Program-made: the position numbers and the translations under genes
Shown: positions 12,063 to 21,066 of the stretch, piece by piece
Position numbering within the stretch: position 1 is the first letter of the stretch
Layout of the letters: every line of letters begins with the position of its first letter
Origin: Meyerozyma guilliermondii
Lineage: Eukaryota
DNA length: 64,000 nt
Assembly: GCA_051546255.1 (NCBI GenBank)
Contig: CP128820.1
Coordinates: forward strand, 124,001-188,000
Reading direction: 5' to 3'
The notes under the pieces: model-generated
Told to the model about the DNA's origin: nothing
Seen by the model: only the letters and a program-made list of their open reading frames with translations
Database searches by the model: none

Positions 12063-14012
12063 CTAAATGTCCAAATTTCTAACCACATCCCTCAACGAAC
12101 TGACGTATCTGTTTTCAATTGTCTCACCTTTACCGGCTGCAACTTTGAGAACCAATTCGTTAAGTTCTGCTGAACCCAAGATATCCACATGGTCAGCCGT
12201 CTTGGCTCCTCCTCTAATATCGAATCTATCGGGCTCGTGTTTTATTTCCACGATTGTAACCGAGCAATTGGCAGGATTAAAGCGAGATTCGCTTCCCTTC
12301 TGCCACTCATGGAGAATGGCATGCGACATTAACGAAACAGTTCCATCTCCGTCACCAAAATAAACTGCGTTTTTGTTTTCTCCGTCAATGGTTATGTTCA
12401 AATTTGTCTCCTTGGGTGCTTCGCGGTACGTGTAAGCTCTTTCGGTAGGACAGCCAACACCGTAGAAGGAATACACTTTCATGTCAGGAGCATAAGGCAA
12501 AGCCACTTCAAGTGGATTGATCCACTTCAGATGGTCCTTGGCATTTTCGTTGACTTCTTTCTTCGTTTTGGCCACTCCCCATGAATATTGCTCTTTAACT
12601 CTGTCAGTAAACCACTTTGGTGACGTTTCAAGAAGATAGTCAATACTGGAGGTGATGGTCATATTCTTCCATTTGTCCGTTTCGAACCGAATAAACGTTC
12701 CAAAAGTGTCATTGTGTTGACCTGGAAGCTCGGTTCCGGATCCTCCTTCGGCATTTTCCGTCATTAGACTGTTACTGGGGTCATCAGGAGCCGAGGTGTA
12801 ATTTCCCCAGATCAAGTCTCCTCCCTTAGGAAGCATCGACGAAACTCCGCCAAAAGACCGAAGCATATCCAATCTTTCTCTTCTACTAAAGAACTTTTCC
12901 AATCCATAAACTGCAAGTGCATTCAATTGCACTGTATCTTTCATTTCGCCAGAAATAAGAGCAGGAATGCTCTTTGGAGTTCCAAGAAGAGTTCCCGAAA
13001 TATCCACAAATGCCTCAATGTGGTCGTTGCACCATGAGCTTCCTCCATTTCCGTACTGCTCGCCACTAGCCTCGACCCATTTCATAAAGTAAAACACCAC
13101 TTGTGATCCCATTGAGTGGCCCACAAGTATCGACTTTTGGCCCGTGAGTTTCTTGGTCATTTCGATCTGAGACTGTAGTTTGGAGAAGTAGTGGTCGCGC
13201 TTTTCCAAGTCCAAGAAGGCAAGCCGCCAGTCGTAGGCTGCACTAAGCATATTATTGGGCCCGTACCCTATAACGGCGAGGTTTTGAAGAATTTTATTCC
13301 ATATCCAGTACCCAGCAACGAAAAAGTCTGCCGCTTCAAACCCCTGGGCAGCACGGAGCCTTATACCGGGAGGATCCAACCCTGTTTCTGGATCTAGCAT
13401 AATATGTTTGAGCCAACAAGTTTTATCGAGAACCATGGTGCGAAGCATGTAAAAAGAACCCCATAATCTCTTGCGAAAATGGTTCGTTGAGGGACAATCC
13501 CCGTCGTCATTGAGACCCCACGACTCGATTCCCGTAGATATAACACCAGGAACCATCACAACGTTATGTTTTTGCGTCAAATTGAGATTGGCTACCATTC
13601 GCTTTCCCACCGAAAACGATGCGGCAGAACCATGAAGAGTTCCTTCTTCCTCCAGGCTCTCGAAATCATTGAGCATGCTCTGGACAGAACTGGGGAGTAC
13701 ACCACGCCAGTCGTTGAGAATTCCAGACATAGAATCAAAACTCACCAAACGATCGAGTTCTCCACGAAGGTCGTTGTTGGAAGCACCGAAGAAAACAGCC
13801 ACAAATAACCCAATTAAGGTTCCTAGAATAAATACCGCTCTTCTCGACTGATGAAGACGTTTTTTGAGGTGTTTTTGTTCGCTTTGCAATTGCTTTTTGC
13901 TGTCTTTTTGCAGCACATGTTTACCATCGGAATCCACTTCGTTGTTTATTTTTACTTCCACGACGGCCGGGGCCTTCTTTTTGGTATGTTTGACGGCTTT
14001 CTTGGGAGCCAT
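12063..14012 (-). CDS. LRO1: Phospholipid:diacylglycerol acyltransferase (PDAT, LCAT family)
   Basis: Basic N-tail, one TM, VMVPGVISTGIESWG, YDWRL, lipase GHSMG, GDGTV, HVDILG. Confidence 0.96.
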   Translation of the reverse strand: MAPKKAVKHTKKKAPAVVEVKINNEVDSDGKHVLQKDSKKQLQSEQKHLKKRLHQSRRAVFILGTLIGLFVAVFFGASNNDLRGELDRLVSFDSMSGILNDWRGVLPSSVQSMLNDFESLEEEGTLHGSAASFSVGKRMVANLNLTQKHNVVMVPGVISTGIESWGLNDDGDCPSTNHFRKRLWGSFYMLRTMVLDKTCWLKHIMLDPETGLDPPGIRLRAAQGFEAADFFVAGYWIWNKILQNLAVIGYGPNNMLSAAYDWRLAFLDLEKRDHYFSKLQSQIEMTKKLTGQKSILVGHSMGSQVVFYFMKWVEASGEQYGNGGSSWCNDHIEAFVDISGTLLGTPKSIPALISGEMKDTVQLNALAVYGLEKFFSRRERLDMLRSFGGVSSMLPKGGDLIWGNYTSAPDDPSNSLMTENAEGGSGTELPGQHNDTFGTFIRFETDKWKNMTITSSIDYLLETSPKWFTDRVKEQYSWGVAKTKKEVNENAKDHLKWINPLEVALPYAPDMKVYSFYGVGCPTERAYTYREAPKETNLNITIDGENKNAVYFGDGDGTVSLMSHAILHEWQKGSESRFNPANCSVTIVEIKHEPDRFDIRGGAKTADHVDILGSAELNELVLKVAAGKGETIENRYVSSLRDVVRNLDI

Positions 14013-14206
14013 GCTCTAAATAGGTTTAATTTTGGGGGAAAACGGGAATCTCGGGAAGTTTTGTTGTGGTAGCAATAAGTGAATTAGAGAGACGAATATT
14101 TCAGATGCGAAATCCGGAAGCCGCGAAAAGCTGCTAAGTTGCAATGCTGCGAAAATCATTAGTGGAAAATTATACACCAATAAATAGTTTGTTCTACTAG
14201 CTAAAG

Positions 14207-15088
14207 TCATAATGCATCCATGGTATAGTCGTAGCCAATGCCAGGAGTGACGCTGGCAATGAACTTGAGAAACACCACCAAGTACTGGTCTACTCGAATA
14301 CCTGTGTCTTGAGTGGTCTCGGTTGCTGGTTCCAAATTTTCCCCAGTGACGAATGCCTCCGGTTCAAACTCGCGTGCCTTCTCCCGTGATGTTTTCGCAT
14401 GCTTCATAAGTACCTTCATCACGGACAGATGCTTGCATGGATGAATCGACACAGAGGTGGTATTGAACGACACCGGAAGGTTCTCTATGGTAGCCGTTTT
14501 GTCTCTGTAATCGCCAGAAATGTCCTCAAACATCTGATGTGGAAGGAGCGGGATGCCGTTATCGTTGAACCCCACCAAGTACATTTTGGGGACTCGATAC
14601 GACGTAGAATACGTGATATACAAGTCGTATCTTCGAAGGTTTGAGTTGCCCAAATCCTGAAACTCCTCTCCATCCGCATCCTCGGCATCCTCGTCTATGA
14701 AATCGTCAAGATCTTCTATATCTGGAACTTTCTTGTCGGTGGCAATGTCCCTTTTGGGGTCTTCGTGGGTGAGTCGATGTGATTTGACCCATCCGTCATC
14801 GAGTTCTTCCTCGTCCTCCGCTAGGTCTTCGGTGTTCCCGAGGTAACTCTGGGCTCTCTGGTACGAAGGAACATGTTTAGTGATTAAAAATTGTTTATCT
14901 GGTGGCAAAAAGTCCTTCTGGAGCTTCTTAGGAGCTGACCCCCATTGCCATGTAGGAAACTTGTAGACAAGATAATCACCCGCTTGGACAAATTCTTCTG
15001 GAGATATCTCCCCGCTGGTTTCATAATTGGAATTGTGGTTTATTGGAGTGAGATACTCACGTAGAGACGAGAGCTTTGAACGCAACAT
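14207..15088 (-). CDS. ATG3: Autophagy E2-like Atg8-conjugating enzyme
   Basis: MLRSKLSSLREYLTP, PEEFVQAGDYL, catalytic SIHPCKH, RVDQYLVVFLKFI. Confidence 0.96.
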   Translation of the reverse strand: MLRSKLSSLREYLTPINHNSNYETSGEISPEEFVQAGDYLVYKFPTWQWGSAPKKLQKDFLPPDKQFLITKHVPSYQRAQSYLGNTEDLAEDEEELDDGWVKSHRLTHEDPKRDIATDKKVPDIEDLDDFIDEDAEDADGEEFQDLGNSNLRRYDLYITYSTSYRVPKMYLVGFNDNGIPLLPHQMFEDISGDYRDKTATIENLPVSFNTTSVSIHPCKHLSVMKVLMKHAKTSREKAREFEPEAFVTGENLEPATETTQDTGIRVDQYLVVFLKFIASVTPGIGYDYTMDAL

Positions 15089-15477
15089 AAGCAAGCGGTA
15101 TGTTCGCGATAAGCACAATGTGAGGGTCACGGGGCGTGCGCGAATCATATCGCCCGTGCCCGGTCACATGATTAGCATGAAAGTGCGAGGTTCGAATTGC
15201 GAGCATCGAATTGCGAGCGATTCTATGACGTGTGGATGCATACGAGAACGCAGTCGCGCTATGCAGACTAGTAAGCCGTGGTGCTGTGTGCAGAAAGTTG
15301 CATGTGTTGCAGATCTTATGACGAGCCGGCGTAACGGTACAATTGGAGCAGTAGCAGCAGTATCAGCTCCCAAATTCAGATGGAATGTAGATGAATAGAG
15401 TTGAATGGGTGGCAGTGCAACACTCGTCTGGATGCATGCCGTTCCCAAACGATCTCACGTTCGTTTCCCCAGACCAT

Positions 15478-15560
15478 CGCGTCGCGACATACTGAACCCG
15501 TCCATTTTTGGCAAGCGGTGCTGCATGTCACGCGTCGCGATCCGGTCTACATGCGCGCGA
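15478..15560. promoter_or_regulatory. MCB-like (MBF) element cluster in the ATG3/NRM1 divergent promoter
   Basis: CGCGTCGCGA at 15478-15487 and 15531-15540, perfect ACGCGT 15530-15535, GCGCGAA nearby. Confidence 0.6.
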
Positions 15561-15909
15561 ATCGTAAACAAACAATGCACCGGTTGGATGGATTCGCCGC
15601 ATGCTTCCTTAATTTGTGATGTCAAGTGGCGCTAATTTTGGATTTCGCCCCAAAGCCCGCGCCTGCCCCTCGTATATTTTACCATACCCTCATGCGACGT
15701 GTATTGTCGCATTGTTAGTTTGTTGTGCCGTTACTGCATTGGGCCAACAGGCCGCATGTTTTCCCCCACCGACGCAGGCAACCCGTTATTTGGACTTCGG
15801 TAATTTTAGGGAAACTTTACTGCGAACGCGAGTCGTGTTCGTAACGTCCCTGTTTTGTTTTGGTTGATCTCTCATCATATATATCATCGCAATTGCTTGA
15901 AATTCACAA

Positions 15910-16707
15910 ATGGGCATTGCAATCGACTCACCAACCCATAGACGTGTGGTGTTGGCTCCAGTCAATAGGGGTCGTCTTAATCTGATGACTCCAGCTACCA
16001 AACAAAAATCACTTTCTTTGCATCGACACGGACAAATTCCACCAATGTCTCGGTCGGTAAGTTTTGCTGCCAGATCCGATAAATCTCTGACCAGTCCAAG
16101 TTCCACGGCAGGACTTGCTGCCACAAAGTTGAAGTTACGACTTCAGCTCGCATTGTACAAACTCCAGCAACAAAAAAGACAGTCGCCACGCCGTCAGTTT
16201 GCACTCAACACGTCTTTCACAAGTACGCCTCGCACTGGCAAAAACATCCCAACAAAACCAAAACAAAAAACAAAACCAAAAGACAATGCAAATGCTAACC
16301 CCAGCGTCAACATTAATCTAAAAACCGTCACCACACCGTCCCTTTCTAGCATTGCCGGAGACAGAAAACTCCGCTTATTTGCCATAAAATCGTCGTCATC
16401 ACATTACAATCCTCAACAACTGGCACCTTTGGTACCTTCCAATGTGGCACTTCCGCAACCCAAGGGTTTACTGAGATCTCCACTTCCCTCCATCAACAAA
16501 ATCTTGAAAACTCCATTAAAAAATTCCAGCCGCCGGTTCGTGGAAAGAATCCACGCTGACGATACCACCATAGACGAAGACGATGAAAATCAAACCCGGG
16601 TGCAATACAGTTCGTCGCCAGTAAGAGACAACTACACTTTGGGCACCCCCAACTCATTCAGCGTTGCCCGGTCGTTGTTGCAACTCGGGTCCGGGTACTA
16701 TAATTAA
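15910..16707 (+). CDS. NRM1: Whi5/Nrm1-family G1/S transcriptional co-repressor
   Basis: D-box-like RVVLAPVN, GTB motif KLKLRLQLALYKLQ, C-terminal SVARSLLQL; clustered with ATG3 and LRO1 as YNR007C-009W. Confidence 0.8.
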   Translation: MGIAIDSPTHRRVVLAPVNRGRLNLMTPATKQKSLSLHRHGQIPPMSRSVSFAARSDKSLTSPSSTAGLAATKLKLRLQLALYKLQQQKRQSPRRQFALNTSFTSTPRTGKNIPTKPKQKTKPKDNANANPSVNINLKTVTTPSLSSIAGDRKLRLFAIKSSSSHYNPQQLAPLVPSNVALPQPKGLLRSPLPSINKILKTPLKNSSRRFVERIHADDTTIDEDDENQTRVQYSSSPVRDNYTLGTPNSFSVARSLLQLGSGYYN

Positions 16708-16893
16708 CGTTGTATTATAATGTAAGCATTAAGAAAGTAGAGAAGAAGTGGTTATCTCCATTGTGCAACTAATTGAATATTGTGCCTGTCGCATTGCGTC
16801 TTCGATGTTCTCTTGTAATAGCATTTCTCGTTCTCATTGAATTGATATATGCATCAAGTCGTTAGTACTGATTCCATAATTGCAGGCACTTAG

Positions 16894-16973
16894 TACTGAA
16901 GATCACAATTGGTTCTTAAGTTCTTGACACAATTACTGAACATTATAATTGGTTCTTGAGTTCCTGACTCAAT
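16894..16973. repeat. 40-bp tandem duplication (2 copies, 34/40 identical)
   Basis: tactgaagatcacaattggttcttaagttcttgacacaat followed by tactgaacattataattggttcttgagttcctgactcaat. Confidence 0.9.
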
Positions 16974-17073
16974 GCCCTGTATTTGTTAGTTCATGTAACA
17001 ATTGTATTAGTGCCCAATGAATCAAGTACTTTTCCGAGGCATTATATGTCGCATTCGTTTCCAAGTTCGCTAA

Positions 17074-17112
17074 TAGCAGAATTCTAGCAGACTTCTAGCA
17101 GAAATTCTAGCA
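17074..17112. repeat. 11-12 bp tandem repeat (TAGCAGA..TTC)x3.5
   Basis: tagcagaattc tagcagacttc tagcagaaattc tagca. Confidence 0.85.
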
Positions 17113-17237
17113 TTTGAAAATCTAGTAGCTGTAGTCTTCTCGTTAGAATGCATATGTTACCAGAATGATAAGCACATTGATTCCATCCAAAAGCGATTGT
17201 ACTTCATAGAATCCTGTTTCTGATCAATTCTGTATTT

Positions 17238-18116
17238 TTATTCAATCATTCGTGTTATGGCATCCACCATCTTGCAAACCCGAGCACTTTTGGCGTTGGT
17301 AGATGCTGGTCGCAGGTCTCGAAACTCAATTATATTTTGCAACTGGTCGATTCGGGTGCCGTCAGGAAGTTTTCCCGAGACGATCATGGAATTGACCACC
17401 GATTCCAAGTTTGCAATATCCTCGTTGAAAAGTTGCGGGAGTTTTTCAATGGTTATATTATCGTAGTATCGCGGAAGACACAGAATATTGGTTTCTATGT
17501 GGTTGTATCGCAACACCAGTCGATGGGATTTGATCAAGCGCCGAGTAATCGGGGCGTCGAACACTTCCATGGCGTGGGACCACAAATCTAGCGGAACAAA
17601 TTTACGTTCGCCAACAAGTTGGAGACACTTGCTGGTGATGGGGTCCATTGGTGGCATCAATTCTTTGAGCCTAGCTATGATTCCTTGTCTCCTAAAGTCT
17701 CCGTCGGCGAGAATGACATAGTGGGCCATTTTGACGAAAATAGGATCCAATAGTGCGTGGTAGAGTTGGGGGTCTAAGGATATGTTGTCAGGAACATTGG
17801 TTATAACGGTGAGTTTTTTGCTCACGAGGTCAAGAAGTTTTGGAGTTGACACGATTGGCGCAAACAACGAGTGGTAGTCGGTGAATAAATCATAGTAGAG
17901 AATCCGCATGTACCATTGAAGTTGGTTTTCATTGTGACGAGTTTTGGGAAAGTTGGAGTCAGCGTGGATTGCTTTTAGGTGGTTGTCGAAATCGGGATTT
18001 TCATCATTAGCCAAGACCGTTTCTGCCTCTACAAGCCGCGAGATAAGCTTCCACTGGGGATCATTTGCCACATTTGTAGAACTAATGGCCTGGGTTCGTA
18101 TATTGGTATAATCCAT
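17238..18116 (-). CDS. PCI-domain protein resembling COP9 signalosome subunit 4 (divergent, 292 aa)
   Basis: Winged-helix ETNILCLPRYYDNITIEKL..ESVVNSMIVSGKL..RIDQLQNIIEF plus terminal helix ARVCKMVDAITRMIE; upstream HYVILADGDFRRQGIIARL. Start MDYTN 18116. Confidence 0.65.
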   Translation of the reverse strand: MDYTNIRTQAISSTNVANDPQWKLISRLVEAETVLANDENPDFDNHLKAIHADSNFPKTRHNENQLQWYMRILYYDLFTDYHSLFAPIVSTPKLLDLVSKKLTVITNVPDNISLDPQLYHALLDPIFVKMAHYVILADGDFRRQGIIARLKELMPPMDPITSKCLQLVGERKFVPLDLWSHAMEVFDAPITRRLIKSHRLVLRYNHIETNILCLPRYYDNITIEKLPQLFNEDIANLESVVNSMIVSGKLPDGTRIDQLQNIIEFRDLRPASTNAKSARVCKMVDAITRMIE

Positions 18117-18236
18117 GAAGAAGGATTGGATGCAGAACGCGAAAATGTGAAAAATTGCAAAACGAGAAAAAGAAGTACAAGTACAGTACAAGAAAAGTAG
18201 AAAGTAAATAAGGTACAAAGGACAACATACCTTGGT

Positions 18237-18280
18237 CACTACACTTACTACACTTACTACACTTATCTACACTTTACTAC
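18237..18280. repeat. 9-bp microsatellite (CTACACTTA)n in the CSN4-like/ERG2 divergent promoter
   Basis: cactacacttactacacttactacacttatctacactttactac. Confidence 0.85.
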
Positions 18281-18305
18281 AGGTCTCTACTTAGACCCCT
18301 ATCAC

Positions 18306-18368
18306 TCGTTTACCGTATACACCATCACTGTCGTATCGTCGTTTACGACTGCATGGATTCGTATAAAT
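18306..18368 (+). promoter_or_regulatory. Upc2-type sterol regulatory elements upstream of ERG2
   Basis: TCGTTTA 18306 and 18339, TCGTATA 18359 overlapping TATAAA. Confidence 0.7.
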
Positions 18369-18398
18369 AGTGCAAATTCCCACCTTCCTTCCACCATC

Positions 18399-19052
18399 AT
18401 GAAGTGGATCCACGCTATTTCCGCCTTCGTGGTGATGTTCGCCACCATGTCCGCTCTTTATAACACTTGGCTTCCAACAAACTACAAATTCGACAAACAC
18501 GTTTTGCAAGAATTGAGTAAGCAAGTTATCGCCAACCATCCCGATGGAAATGCAACCGCCATAATGAACGAGCTCGCTCCCAGGATCAAGGAGGCGTACC
18601 CTGGTCTCATCAATGACCTCAATTACGACGAATGGGTATACAACAATGCTGGTGGTGCCATGGGAACCATGTTCATTTTGCACGCATCCATCTCCGAGTA
18701 TCTCATTTTCTTTGGCACAGCTGTTGGTACCGAAGGACATACTGGGGTTCATTTTGCAGACGATTACTTTACCATTTTGACGGGGGAACAAAGGGCGGCC
18801 TTACCTGGAGCACTCACTCCGGAAATCTATTATCCTGGAGATATGCACCACCTCAAAAAAGGTTACACTAAACAGTACCTGATGCCATCAGGAGCGTTTG
18901 CGCTCGAATTGGCTCAAGGCTGGATTCCCGCAATGCTTCCATTTGGCTTTTTAGACACCTTATCGTCAACTCTTGACTTTTATACTTTTGGTCTTACGGT
19001 GTGGTATACCGCCCGGGATATGATAAAACACTTGCTCCGGGGCAAGTTCTAG
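18399..19052 (+). CDS. ERG2: C-8 sterol isomerase (ERG2/sigma-1 receptor family)
   Basis: [54 protein letters not shown]. Confidence 0.97.
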   Translation: MKWIHAISAFVVMFATMSALYNTWLPTNYKFDKHVLQELSKQVIANHPDGNATAIMNELAPRIKEAYPGLINDLNYDEWVYNNAGGAMGTMFILHASISEYLIFFGTAVGTEGHTGVHFADDYFTILTGEQRAALPGALTPEIYYPGDMHHLKKGYTKQYLMPSGAFALELAQGWIPAMLPFGFLDTLSSTLDFYTFGLTVWYTARDMIKHLLRGKF

Positions 19053-19404
19053 ATTAGATATAGAAAATATGATTTAAAAGTTAAGTTGAAAAATGTTAAA
19101 GTTGAAAAAGGTTAAGATTTTGTAAGAAGGTTAAAGTTTTTATAGTGAAAGACCCAGCGGCTGCATGTTGCAGTGAGATCTGATCAAAGTTATGAGCGCG
19201 ACTAATGTCCCCCACCTCAATCACCTATCCATATCCCCCATCCTGTCCCCCACTCCTCACCACAACACCAAATCTCTTTTCTCTTCTTTCTCTTCGTTTC
19301 CTTTCTTTTCCTTCCCCGTATTTTCCAGAACAGCCGCGCCCTGCCGAATTAGGGCACGGGTTCCGACATTATATATCACCAAAAATAACGTTTCTTTATT
19401 GTTG

Positions 19405-21066
19405 ATGACCACTGAAAGGTCTCCTCTTCTTGAGCCCCGGTTGCACGGCGACGAAAATCACCCAGGATTTGAAAACGATGTGGTCACATTTGTTCAACAA
19501 AGAAGAGCTCTGATAGCCACAGAACCAGAACAAGTACCTCATTTTTATGGCCAGGACCTCACCCGCCAGGTTCTGAGGGCGTCAATGGTGCCGGAAAGAT
19601 CGCTCACTTTGGTGCCTACAAAGTCACATTCTTCTACGGTTGGCGACGTATCCGATATTCTCTCGCATCACCGACTCTTGGCTGAACCAGAAACTTCCGT
19701 CAAGAAAGAAATCAAGGTCCTTTTACGGTATACGTTTCCATTGGTATTGACTTTCCTCTTCCAATACTCGCTCGTGGTGGCTTCGGTTTTCTCCGTGGGT
19801 CGAATTGGCCTGACAGAGTTGGCAGCAATATCGCTTTCTTCAATGACCGCCAATATTTCTGGCTATGCTATTATTCAGGGGATTTCCACTTGCTTGGATA
19901 CCCTCTGTGCTCAGGCTTATGGGCGCCACGACTACAATATGGTGGGAGTCCACTTTGCTCGGTGCACATATTTGCTTTTGTTGTTGTATATTCCAATGGC
20001 ACTTTTATGGACCGTGGGAGCTGAACCTATTTTGTTGCTACTTGTGGGTAAAGAAGAGACTGAATTGTGCTACATGGCCGCAAGGTACTTACGAGTGATT
20101 TCCATGGGTGTTCCAGGCTACATTCTTTTTGAAAATGCTAAACATTTTCTTCAAGCTCAGGGAATTTTCCATGCTTCAACCTACGTTCTCGCAGTTTTTG
20201 CACCCATCAATGCTTTGCTCAATTACTTGCTCGTATGGCATCCCGTCATTGGTTTGGGCTTTATTGGCGCTCCGCTTTCCGTCGTTATAACCAACTGGGC
20301 TATGAGTATCCTGCTCTTTGCTTACATTTACTTTGTCAATGGGTACCAATGCTGGCCGGAACAGCTGGTTTTCTCCAAAGCATGCTTTAGAAACTGGGGC
20401 AGAATGATCCGTCTTTCTGTTCCGGGTGTCTTGATGGTGGAAGCAGAGTGGCTAGCTTTTGAAATCATCACCTTCACCGCTTCCAAATTTGGAACCGAGG
20501 TTCTCGCAGCTCAGTCCATCATCACCACCACTTGCGTTTTGCTCTATCAAATTCCTTTTGCCCTTTCGATTGCGGCATCCACCCGTATTGCCTGGTACAT
20601 TGGCGCCGCTTCAAAGGCAGCTGCCAAAAAGGCTTGCTGGGCTGCTATATTGTCTGCTGTGGCAGTGGGAGTGGTGAATTTCATCGTTCTTTTGATTTTT
20701 AGAGAACCGCTTGCATCGCTCTATACAAATGACAAGATTGTGCTTGCTCTCGCAACAAAAGTGCTTATCGTCGGCGCAGTATACCAAGTCAATGACAGCT
20801 TATCTTGCGCTTCTGGTGGTATTCTACGCGGGCAAGGTCGCCAGAGAATCGGCGGATATCTTAACCTATTTGGATACTACGGCATTGCTCTACCATGTGC
20901 TTTTGTATGCGCATTCTACTTTAAACTTGAATTGTTGGGACTTTGGTTAGGAATGATAGTGGCATTGGTGGTGGTGTCAATGTCGCAATGCTACTTTGTA
21001 GTCAAAAGTGATTGGGACCAAATTATCAATGAAAGTATTAACGAGGGTGTGCTCGAGATGCATTAG
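19405..21066 (+). CDS. MATE-family efflux transporter (ERC1/YDR338C-like), possibly vacuolar
   Basis: Multi-TM MATE signatures (LDTLCAQAYG, EAEWLAFE, GILRGQGRQ); ERSPLL acidic dileucine motif supports start ATG 19405 rather than 19192. Confidence 0.9.
   Translation: MTTERSPLLEPRLHGDENHPGFENDVVTFVQQRRALIATEPEQVPHFYGQDLTRQVLRASMVPERSLTLVPTKSHSSTVGDVSDILSHHRLLAEPETSVKKEIKVLLRYTFPLVLTFLFQYSLVVASVFSVGRIGLTELAAISLSSMTANISGYAIIQGISTCLDTLCAQAYGRHDYNMVGVHFARCTYLLLLLYIPMALLWTVGAEPILLLLVGKEETELCYMAARYLRVISMGVPGYILFENAKHFLQAQGIFHASTYVLAVFAPINALLNYLLVWHPVIGLGFIGAPLSVVITNWAMSILLFAYIYFVNGYQCWPEQLVFSKACFRNWGRMIRLSVPGVLMVEAEWLAFEIITFTASKFGTEVLAAQSIITTTCVLLYQIPFALSIAASTRIAWYIGAASKAAAKKACWAAILSAVAVGVVNFIVLLIFREPLASLYTNDKIVLALATKVLIVGAVYQVNDSLSCASGGILRGQGRQRIGGYLNLFGYYGIALPCAFVCAFYFKLELLGLWLGMIVALVVVSMSQCYFVVKSDWDQIINESINEGVLEMH

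Noticed and set aside
15185..15205. GGTTCGAAT resembling a tRNA T-loop / Pol III B-box
   Set aside because: It lacks the invariant following C and a pairing T-stem, and no cloverleaf forms; it is part of a 13-bp direct repeat.
15027..15867. Several 70-120 aa ORFs in the ATG3/NRM1 intergenic region
   Set aside because: They overlap in many frames, have Cys/Arg-rich random composition and coincide with promoter motifs.
16894..16973. 40-bp repeats as a CRISPR array or LTR
   Set aside because: Eukaryotic DNA, two adjacent copies without spacers, and no TG..CA ends or target-site duplication seen.
17161..17232. Possible box C/D snoRNA (ATGATAA..CTGA with a CAGAAT/ATTCTG terminal stem)
   Set aside because: The C box is non-consensus and the putative guide only imperfectly matches an 18S segment (2-nt insertion); it would need snoscan or Rfam support.
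19192..19404. N-terminal extensions in the ORF track (MATE 19192, VPS27 25716, PCI 18239, ORC1 38304, NSL1 3868, ATG3 15148)
   Set aside because: They have promoter-like low-complexity composition or TTG/GTG starts; family-typical N-termini begin at downstream ATGs.
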